From Tubulanus polymorphus (Eukaryota > Animalia > Nemertea): 64,000 nt of DNA. Shown piece after piece: positions 50,501-60,128 of this stretch (within the stretch, counting starts at the first letter, position 1; every line of letters begins with the position of its first letter). Both the position numbers and the translations under genes were made by a program. Below the pieces are notes generated by a model, which was given only the letters and a program-made list of their open reading frames with translations, made no database searches and was not told the origin of the DNA. The DNA lies in NCBI RefSeq assembly GCF_964204645.1, contig NC_134031.1:14185807-14249806 (forward strand), in the 5' to 3' direction.

Positions 50501-53500
50501 CAGGTCGATGTTTAATCTCCGTTGGAAGTCACGCTCCATTCTCTGAGGAAATCCACAGACTTTAAGTGCCCGCAGCTTTGTCTTGGACCGTGTCTCGTTC
50601 TTCTGTTTCAACGCGTCGCTACTCGATGTGATTCTAGGACTATCCCCCCCCCCCCGCCCGAAGTAAATTTTAACCCTTAAGTAGCACAGATACTAACTTC
50701 TGATAAATTAGACTAACTAACTTAAAACTAAACAAAATTTAGACTAGCAAACTAACTTAAAACTCATTCCAATAAATTAGTCACTAATAAGTGGACTAAC
50801 TAAGTTTCCTTTGATTTGGTAAGTGGATTATAATTACTTAAAGATTGATTTTTAAGGTCTTGATCTACTAAAGTAACACTAAAACTAGTTCAGATAAATT
50901 AGTCAACGTTAACTAATGGACTAATTAGTGCAATAACTTATTTTCCTTTGATTTGGCCAGTGAACTATAATCGAGATGAGTGAAACAGTATATAAGGTCA
51001 TGCCGTGAAGCAAAATATTATATTCCATATGATTGTCCGGGGGGAATTGTCCCGATAGGACTCGATGTTGCTACTATAACACCGTTGAATTTGTCTGAGG
51101 TGTTAGCCGGGAACTAATCAGGTAGAACAATCTAAAATAATAACACACGTATAAGGCACAAGATGATTTCTGGATGACGAACTGTTTTATTTTGCGACCA
51201 AGTCGAGAATGACCAGTAGGACCGAAACGGTTTATGTCCCCTGGTCACTCCAGACTTGGACCCATCCAGAAATCCCTTGTCCTGATTGGATACATGTCTA
51301 GTCCTAGCAAAAGTCGGGGGGTAGAAGGTCCACATAGAAACGCGCTAATTAAAAATTCCCGTGAAAACAGAGAGGTGGCAGTCAGTTTGCCAACTGAGCA
51401 ACAGATGTCAAATTATTGTCAAAACAGTGACAAACACTAACAATTCGATGCTCAGTCAAGCAAAGGCACGCTGTCTCCAGTTGATAACACGAACAAACAA
51501 GAATAAATTATATGTTTAAATCATAAATGCGTGAAGATACATGAAAAAGATGATAATTTTGAAATTAATAATAATCGTAAAATAATAACTGATACCTGGG
51601 ACCAACTACGCTATACTACAGCTAATACTTGCAGCCCAGTTGCTTCCACGGACAGTGTAAGATGACGCTTCTGCTCCTGTAAGAAGTTGTCTACTAACTT
51701 CGGGTGCCACTAACTGCTTCAACGCTGCTTGACGCCACTTTATGCTGCTGAAACTGCTCTCCTGCATTAAGCTAACCATGTGCCACCAACACACCGCGAG
51801 TTGGAAGTAGAAGCTATCTGAATACTCGTGATGGCAAGCATTGTTGGCCCCACCTACGTCTAAATAGGTGACAAGTCCCGATAGCTTATGATTATATAGT
51901 CAACAAATGCGTCCGACCAAGAGACGTCGTCAAATTCGATGTTGAGACCGGTTGCTCAGCACAGATGGAGCAACTCTGATGTATTGGAGACTAACAAGGT
52001 GTGCGCTGTGAACTATATCAAATGCTAGCCTTTGCATAACTATATTTGGTATACACTCTTTGCTTTTCCACTGGAGTGGTTCCTCCAGCACAGAAATAAC
52101 CCGGGAGTTAACCCTCTCTCGTCTGGGAAAAGGGCTAATTGTTGGTTTGATACCGTTTGGGCTTTTTTCTGAGTCATCTTCCCAATACAGAACAAAGAGG
52201 AACAGCTGTTGCAATTTGTTCTTACGAAACTCATATTCAAGATGTTTAGACGTGCCGCCTCTGTGTCATCAGATATACATTCGCTTTGCTTTATGTATTA
52301 TCACATCACATATGTAGAACTCATTACTGAGTTACTCTCACGGCATAGTTTTAATCGCTGTTCGTGCGTGCAGTCCACTTATTGGACTTCGATATTTATT
52401 TTAGAGATGATTGTGATATTTACTGCCGTACTGACCACATTGCTATTATTGACATCATGCGCCTATTTTTTGATAATTAAATTTTTTGTCTCGTGTTTTT
52501 GAGATTCGGGGACGAATCAAGTGAAGGTGGGGCATATGATACAGAGGATGGTATTGATGAATAAACCCCGTCATTATTAGTGGTACGATAACCACACTCA
52601 AACGTGGTGAACAGATGATAAGATAAAAACCCACTATTTAAGAATTAAAAGAAATCTAAAATTGAGAAACCTGACGATGATCTCTAGTGTGAGATCGAAA
52701 CGTCGTGTTCTTATATTTTAGATTGTTTCAATAAATAGATTCTCGATTTTAGATTTTTTTTAATTTTTAAATAGTGGGTTTTTATCTTATCACCCGTCAT
52801 TATTAATTTCTCATTCAAAATATGTATTATATACTTGTATTGTACCCTATTTGGCTCTCGAGCTCTCTATCACTCTACCAGCATTCACAATAAATCAAAT
52901 TTTGAATAAGTATAAAATCGTTTGTGTTTGGTAGCATCTGAGCTGGTACCTCGTATCAAATATGATTTTAAATGCTTCAACTGGAGTGGCAATTACGGTA
53001 TTATTAGTGCAAATATGTCGAGTTCCTTTTTGATTAAATCTGGGAATTTATCAATGTAATGCGCACGCTGAAATATGAAGCGTAGTAATGTGGAACTAAA
53101 ATTAAGTTCCATGAAAATAGATGACTATACTGGACGGTCGACGGTAGACACCCTCACACAGCCGTGGAACCGTGTCCAGATTCAAATTAAACCCACACAA
53201 CTGTGGAACCGGATCTAAAGTCAAATTGAACCTACACAACTGTGGATCTGCATCCAAAGTCAAATTAAACCTACACAACTGTGAAACTGTGAGTTCACAG
53301 TAATTAAACTGGGTCCAGGCTAAAAAGCATCTAAATATCGATAGTTCATGGTATATTGAATTTACTGAGACTGATACTACGTAATTCACAATCGTCATTG
53401 GCATATCCAAATGAGGTTACGAGATAGATTAATATGCATATAATTCACATACCTTTTCGAGTAACGTTTTATGAATAAGTAATTAGTATCGGAACTCAAT

Positions 53501-55297
53501 CGAGGTCGGAACATGATACATTGGGTTTTCTTTTTAAAAATCTCCAAAGCTTCACGAATCTTCTTTTTCTGGGATGCATCTTTGAAAATAGATGAAAATT
53601 ATGTAATCAATTGCTAAAATGAATAACATAATTGACATTTGAACGAACCAAATAATTCGATCGAATTTGAGTCAATAGAACAATCACAGGATCCACACTT
53701 TTTCCACTCAGTGATTAGAAGTTATCGCTTGTTATTGATTTTCAATCAAGTGAGAAGTTGATTCGATTTTTATCTAAATATAGCAGAGATTGAACGTTGG
53801 CGACGGAGTAACTACGTACTAGTAACGCCTGGTTGATCTGTTCTTGTTCGATTGCCACAGTAGCGTTCGAGATGCCTGAAATGTCAAAAACTTACCGAAT
53901 GCATGGTCGATTTCATAAGGAACTGTTCCTTGTGGCCACTTCTTTCTTTTATATTTCACTGCATTTCGGAACTGTGTAAAAGCAGAGAAGCACCAATTCA
54001 TTATCAGGGGAAAGCGAACAATGATACAGGGTCTGGTTCGGGCTGTAGCTCCGACTCTGGCTCCGGCTGTAGCTCCGACCTACGAGCTCCGATTATCTCA
54101 ACTGAGATAATTGCTCGTTGCACCGACTCCGGCTGTGTTACAATGACTTCTGATTCGGGTCGACTATACCGAACTACTACTCACCGTCCCAGGAGGTAGA
54201 ATCATATCACCTTCAAACAAATCTGGGTCGGTTTCCAAATAATTACCGTCATCTGAAATGAAAATCAGAAGTATATTCAAAATAACCATTTCTTTTCTAT
54301 TTACGTTGCCGAAAACGATCGTCATTTGAATTCATTTTATCAGATTGATGTTATTCATTCGACTTGACTTCAATTGAATAAAGAAATAAAATTCAACGGT
54401 AACAATACACTACGTACCATAACACTGTACAACACCCTGGAATTAGAAAGGGAATGTAGCGATTTAAGTCACCTGGACACTGATGAGATTTGACTCAGTG
54501 CTAACTCATTGAAAATTAACTGATTATAACTCTAACTCACAACTGTGGAACTGGATCCTGTAATAATTGAGTCGAACCTCGGATTAAGTTGACAAAGCTT
54601 AGGCCTACAATATTTCTAATACACATCAACTCCGTTTCATTTAAATGTAGAAACTATTTATAATAAAGCGAAAGGGGACATTGAAATTAATGATTATGTC
54701 AAATGTGTCGATTGATAATGCTTCGTTTTATCACCTTTTTATCAACACAATTTGTATCAACAGAATTCCAATGTTTTCAGTTCCACATTTGTGAATAGAA
54801 CAACAGCGACTTGAGTAAAACAATAGACGAATAGAAACGAGAGAAATCCTACAATAATGAAGCCAAAATTGAAAAGTTCTATAACAGAATGATAATTTAG
54901 CCATCATCAGGCGTAGCCATCGTCAGTACGCCTGATGATAGTTAATAGTTGTTAGCCGAAACGTCGCTCTTAAATGTAATTATTCTGATAAAGAACTTTT
55001 CAATTTTGGCTTCACCATATTGTGGGATTTTTCTCGTTACCATCAAGCACGGATATTGTGTATCTTCTTGTCTCAGTAGACGAATAGAGCATCTAGAATG
55101 CTCAATATCGACACAGCGTTCAACCTGGGCCCATGGCTGGTTATGCTATGTGACGGGTTTTGTCTTCAGTTTTAAGTCGTAAGTCATAAACTTAACATCT
55201 CAAGTCGTGTTCATACGACCGTTCATACAATGTTCATCGAAAAATGAAAATTTCAAATTCTTACCAATAAAGTAATAATTAGAATCCACAATTCCAT
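47309..55297 (-). CDS. Secreted astacin-family (M12A) zinc metalloprotease, 7 coding exons, 242 aa
   Basis: Exons (minus) 55297-55265, 54436-54418, 54252-54185, 53971-53896, 53579-53453, 48254-48076, 47535-47309; all GT-AG and in phase (729 nt). Signal MELWILIITLLGVVQC, pro-motif FEGDM, R|NAV..KWP, CSSNVG, HEMMHVIGFMHEQTRPDR zinc site, SLMHY Met-turn, four conserved Cys. The first two exons are less certain. Confidence 0.9.
48076..48254 (-). CDS. Astacin exon 6 (zinc-binding)
   Basis: CSSNVG..GC..HEMMHVIGFMHEQTRPDR. Confidence 0.95.
52580..52792 (+). mobile_element. Penelope-like fold-back mini-insertion with hammerhead core (52666-52710) and 13-bp TSD
   Basis: TSD cccgtcattatta at 52567-52579 and 52793-52805; CUGACGA-u-GAUCUC..GAGAUC-GAAA-cGUC; same family as 5101-5314. 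Confidence 0.8.
53160..53290. repeat. ~39-bp tandem repeat in an astacin intron
   Basis: cacaactgtggaaccggatctaaagtcaaattgaaccta-like unit, about 3.5 copies. Confidence 0.75.
53453..53579 (-). CDS. Astacin exon 5
   Basis: KKIREALEIFKKKTQCIMFRPR..NYLFI. Confidence 0.9.
53896..53971 (-). CDS. Astacin exon 4
   Basis: FRNAVKYKRKKWPQGTVPYEID. Confidence 0.9.
54185..54252 (-). CDS. Astacin exon 3 (propeptide)
   Basis: DPDLFEGDMIL; tttcag| and |gtgagt. Confidence 0.88.
54418..54436 (-). CDS. Astacin exon 2 (19-nt micro-exon)
   Basis: ttccag|GGTGTTGTACAGTGTTATG|gtacgt completes the signal peptide and fixes the phase. Confidence 0.62.
54836..55076 (+). mobile_element. Penelope-like fold-back mini-insertion (second family) with a degenerate hammerhead core and 12-bp TSD
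   Basis: TSD tagacgaataga at 54824-54835 and 55077-55088; CUGAUGA..GAAAcGUC at 54932-54965; inverted arms. Confidence 0.72.
55265..55297 (-). CDS. Astacin exon 1 (signal peptide start)
   Basis: ATG MELWILIITLL|gtaaga. Confidence 0.65.
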
Positions 55298-55671
55298 GAT
55301 TCCCACGAACTGTAACAGGTCACAATGTTAAAGCCGTATAGATACATATAGAATACAGACAAGAGCATGTGGGTTTCCGGTATGCTTATCACACTACAGC
55401 TAAAACACTTGATAAGCATAAATTAAATGGTCTTATCTGAAATAAGGATCATAGATTTTCAAACACAAGCGATTAAACCTAGTACCATCCCCAGTACGAT
55501 ACTAGATTAGCAGCAACAGTCACTGTAGTTTTCTTCGGTTCATTTCACCGAATTTTATCTTCCATTTGAGTATTCGTTCGATCAACGCCCCGATGAAACT
55601 GTTTTGTATTCAGCTAAAAACCATTTGAATCGATATCCTACTGCAAGTGTGATAACAATAGCTGGGGAATA

Positions 55672-55946
55672 GAGTCACCAGTTACCACACTTAACCGGTC
55701 ACCAGTTGAACACTTGACTGGTCACCAGTCACCACACTTGACCAGTCATCTGTCACCACACCTGTCTGGCCACCAGTCACCCTACCTGACTGGTCACAGT
55801 CACCACACCTGACTGGCCCCCAGTCACTACACCTGACTGGTCGCCAGTCACTTCACCTGACTGTTCACCAATTACTACATGTGACCGGTCACCAGTCACC
55901 CGTCCTGACTGGTAACCAGTCACTACACCTGATCTGTCACCAGTCA
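55672..55946. repeat. 24-bp minisatellite with self-complementary units
   Basis: ccagtcaccacacctgactggtca-like unit, about 11 copies. Confidence 0.88.
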
Positions 55947-57283
55947 CAATTATACAACCTTCCTCAATCAATACTGGTCTGGCTTGGAGCACGCTATTTC
56001 CTGAAAACTTGGCTTCGAATATGTGCTCCACTCATCTCGAATTCAGTTTTTATAATCTAGTCAAACCGATAAAATGCCTTTTGGTGGAAAATCTAACATT
56101 TGAAATAGAAAAACCTGCCTTTGCAACGGCCAAATTGTAACTCATTCTATTCGTAAACTTATTTTAAATTTTTTAATTCTGATTCCATTTTCGATTTTGT
56201 GATCAAATTGAAAAAGTCAAAAAGTGATCAATCTTCCAACAGCGCCAGCTGCCACTACAATACACCCCTTGTCATAAAAAACCGCATACACAATTATCAA
56301 CAATAAAACTACTCAAAGAAAATCTGCGCTAATCAGAAATTTATCTAGTCGAGTTGGTCATAAAATGTATCGCGTTCAAAAACGTCGACGTTTCGATCAG
56401 AAAACCGTGGGGTGTTTGACATTCGAATATTTCAACACAATGATCGATTCGATTCGTTCGATTCAGGAGATGATTCGAAACGGAATGAAAACTTTGCGAA
56501 GCAGTAAATTAAACCCTTAGATTCTGAGATAAATAGATCCGGTATCAGTGAGTACAAGACAGGACCGCAAATTCCTAAAGCGAAGCAGGTAAGTCTTTAT
56601 ACTGAGGCATCCAGTCAGGAGATTCTGTTTATTGTGTGTGTAGGAATGAGGGCACAGTCGTGACTTAGAGTGTAAAAAACCTTTAGATGAGCTCCGACTG
56701 GTAGGTTGTTAGATTGTCTATAGAACCAAAATGAGCTTAGATCGGTTTTAAAATTTGTAGATTGGCTTTAGAACTAAAATAAGCTTAGACTGGCTTTAAG
56801 TTGTTATACTTGCTATAGAACTAAGATAGGCTTACTGTACTGGTCTTAAGTTGTTAGATTGATTATAGAACCAAACTGAGTTTAAACTGGTCTTTCATTG
56901 GTAGATCGGTTATAGAACCAAAATGCGCTTACTGCACTGGTCGTATGTTGGTAGCTTGGTTATGAGCCAATATGAGCTTAGACAGGTTGTAAGGTGATTG
57001 GTTGTATGGTCTTAGAATTGTCTGAACTCATCCTAATCTAAGCCATGACTGCACAACTAACCCAATGTTAAGTCTTTAGAGGAGATGTTGCAGCTCTGCT
57101 ATTACGTCAATGGATCAACAGTTCTACAGCTCTACAGCTCTGAAGTTGAAATTGAACTCAACAGAAAAATGAATTTGATCGTACACTAAACGTACCTAAT
57201 TTTTACATGTTGCGGAGGTTTATTGAGGAATTTCATCACGATAGTAAATTATTGTAATCTGTTATAGATTTCAAGCAGTTAAA

Positions 57284-57712
57284 ATGAAGTTTCTAGTGAC
57301 AGCGATTCTGTTGACTGTGTTTGTCGTTTTCACTTTGAACTATGGAGAGGTCGAAGGTAAGATTATGAGAACTGGATGTTACAATATGATGAAAGAGAAA
57401 ATCCTTCGGTTACGACTGAAAAAAAATTCGAAATTCTTCTGAGACCGCACAGCTTTGACCGTTTCCTAACAGCCATTTTCAGTCGAAATGTTATTATATT
57501 GTCCACGTTATGGTGTGTTTCTATATTTCGTAGTTATAAGATTCAATTTCGTTTGAGATTGTAGATATTGATTGAAGGAACTTTTTTCAGGTAACACCGG
57601 AAGTGTCGCCGCCGAGCCGGTGAAGCGAGAAACATACCCGGATATACCTCCACCTGATAATTCAGGAAGCCCTCCAGCACCTCCCCCAGGCGGTGCACCC
57701 GGCCGAAGATAA
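57284..57712 (+). CDS. Small secreted prepropeptide, 64 aa (exons 57284-57356 and 57591-57712); proline-rich mature peptide, predicted C-terminally amidated
   Basis: aaaATG; MKFLVTAILLTVFVVFTLNYGEVEG-NTGSVAAEPV-KR-ETYPDIPPPDNSGSPPAPPPGGAP-GRR*; phase-1 intron GAAG|gtaaga..ttttttcag|GT; AATAAA at 57782-57787; upstream acceptor at 57267 and a strong donor CAG|gtaagt at 56588 suggest a non-coding first exon. Confidence 0.82.
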
Positions 57713-59605
57713 ACAGATAAACAACTTCGAACTGGTTCTACATATCGGGATCTTGATTTCATTTCTAAATCTCGTCTCTAGAATAAAATCTTAATCGTAA
57801 CATGTAGAACCGTCTCCTTTTGGTGATCACTAAAGGCATAGACTGTTAGTAATTGCTTCTTCAAGAAATAAACAAAATATAAAATGACAATTTCATTTTC
57901 TGAGTTTCGTCGTTTCATTCAGGGACAGGCGATGAAGTTTTCGGTTAGATTCTGACTGCAAGATTATTTCATTTACACTGTTTTGCAGACGTTATAATTA
58001 AATCTCAACTCAAACTGGATCCAGTTTCACAAAAAAATTATAGACTCCCAAGTCGATTGAAAATATACTGGTCAGGGAAAAATGTTCGTGAGACCGCCCC
58101 AAAGAGATACAAAGTAACTAGATTTCAACAAGTTCTGGGAGTGGTTGACTCCACAGTCGCTCTACGATCCTAGTGTAACCGACTGTGATACATCGGACAC
58201 TGTTCCTTAGTGAAGACTAGATTTGACGTATGTCAGACATTTGTCGTCTTGTCGTGATACACTGTCCTCTTTAGACTGAGAAATGTTGGAGTTCTAAGGG
58301 TGACCTCAAGTAGGAAGAAAAAGAGCAGACTCCTTATATTTCCCTCCGAAATGCGTGGCATTCATTCTTAAGGCTGGTCTTAATTCATAAGCTCTTACTG
58401 TGCATCTGGCCCTAACCCACCCAGACAGACAATGTTTGGGGTTAGTAATTGTATAAATAGGCTTTCATACCAAAGGTCGAAGGGTCGAGCTCATAAAAAT
58501 AAAAATAAATTCTCGCACGCTCGAATTTATTTTATTTTTCACTCACTTAACCCTTCAACCTTTGTTATGAAAGCCTATTTACCCTATTACTCTAATAATA
58601 TTCATATAAATGAACATTATTTATATGAATATCATATATATGAAAATCGATTATATATTAATCATAAAAGTGTCAGTAAAGTGTGAGAAATAAGTCATAT
58701 TTAAAAAAAGTAACGAGTAATTAACGAGTTGTTAGAATTGAAATCAATTTCAAACATAAAAAGTGTGAGTAAAGTGATTAAATTAATTTATATTTTAAAC
58801 ACATTTTGATATTTATATTTGAATGAGTTAGATTTATTTTGATAAAAGTTTTGTAATAGAAATGAAGAAAGAAGAAGAAGAAGAAGAACCGAAATTCAAA
58901 ATCGAAATCAAAGAAACTAATAACTTATTTTCATTATCTAACGTTAAAAATTATATCTCAGCAACAAATTTATGTATGCAAGACAATATAAAATCGATAA
59001 TATTACTATGATTAATCAAATATCATATAACATATCAAATAACATATTTGAACTTATAGATACTTTAGGTAATGGCGTCAAAAATCCTAAAGTATTTAAT
59101 ACAGTTTTGAATTATAAAGGTAATTTAGATGAAAACATAATAAATATTCTTGAAACCCCTTTTAATGAAAGAAATGATGATTTGATAATTTCTAAAGATT
59201 ACAACGATTGATAAACTTAAGAATTGAAAAACGACAATTATATTATTTCAATGTTGATAATAAACAAATTATCTACAATGAAAATTCATCAAATATTGGA
59301 ATTCAATGTGAATAAGATAATACTTCTTATAAAGATATTGGAATTCAATGTGATTTAGATAATGAATTTAAAATTTAATCCTAATGAGAAAGTGTATTGT
59401 TATTGTGGCGGCAAATATTTAAGATCACATAAATCAAAGCATTATCAAAAAATCAAACATATCAATTATGGAAAGAATAATAATTCTATATTGAAAAAAG
59501 ATTAAGCTGTATGAGTAATTGGAAAATTTCAAATTATAAAACTAAAATATTCAAAATAAGATATTTCAAATTACTTATCAATCTTTTAATTTTTTTCTTA
59601 AATAA

Positions 59606-59821
59606 ATGAATGAGAATGATTTCAGCATTCCGACTGGAAAGAGTGATTTAAAACATTATCTTGTAGCAGGAGGTTTAATATTGGCTGCATTATATTTGTA
59701 TTATGAGAATATCAGTAAGGATTTGATGAATGAAAAGATGAAATTGAGTAAGAAATTGAAGAAATTAAATGGAAACAATCATAGGAATAAAAATAAAAAA
59801 GTTAATATTGAATCAGATTAG
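59606..59821 (+). CDS. Small Maverick accessory ORF with one hydrophobic segment and a Lys-rich tail
   Basis: TAAATG start context; YLVAGGLILAALYLYY. Confidence 0.45.
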   Translation: MNENDFSIPTGKSDLKHYLVAGGLILAALYLYYENISKDLMNEKMKLSKKLKKLNGNNHRNKNKKVNIESD

Positions 59822-59841
59822 TGAATTAATTAAATAAATAA

Positions 59842-60128
59842 ATGAGTGACAATAAGATATCAGAAATATTACATCTTATATATTATAATCAACAGAATAT
59901 CGAGTTGATTATGATGCTTTCAGGATTAGTTTCATTTTCAGTTTATAGTTTAAAACAATTATTAGAATTCTTTGATAATAGCAAAATTAAATATACAGAA
60001 TTAAAAGATAATATCAATTATATCTCAGATAGACTGAATAATATTAAGTGTTGTGAAATATGCAATAAGAAGTATTAAAATGATAAGAGTTTAAGAAATC
60101 ATAAATATATTCACGAATTAAATGATAA
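59842..60128 (+). pseudogene. Maverick accessory ORF: hydrophobic segment + coiled coil + C2H2 zinc finger broken by a premature stop
   Basis: TAAATG start; reading through TAA 60076-60078 gives CEICNKKY*NDKSLRNHKYIH. Confidence 0.55.

Noticed and set aside
53903-54199. 98-aa plus-strand ORF with GSGCSSD repeats
   Set aside because: Antisense to astacin exons 3-4 and a short intronic repeat.
54473-54519. Alternative astacin exon 2 (47 nt)
   Set aside because: Gives the wrong phase for exon 3; the 19-nt exon fits both the phase and the signal peptide.
55777-56031. ORF with VTGDQSG repeats
   Set aside because: Translation of the 24-bp minisatellite; no splice or start context support.
57508-57762. 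84-aa Gly/Pro-rich minus-strand ORF
   Set aside because: Antisense shadow of the plus-strand peptide exon, which has the splice sites, processing motifs and polyA signal.
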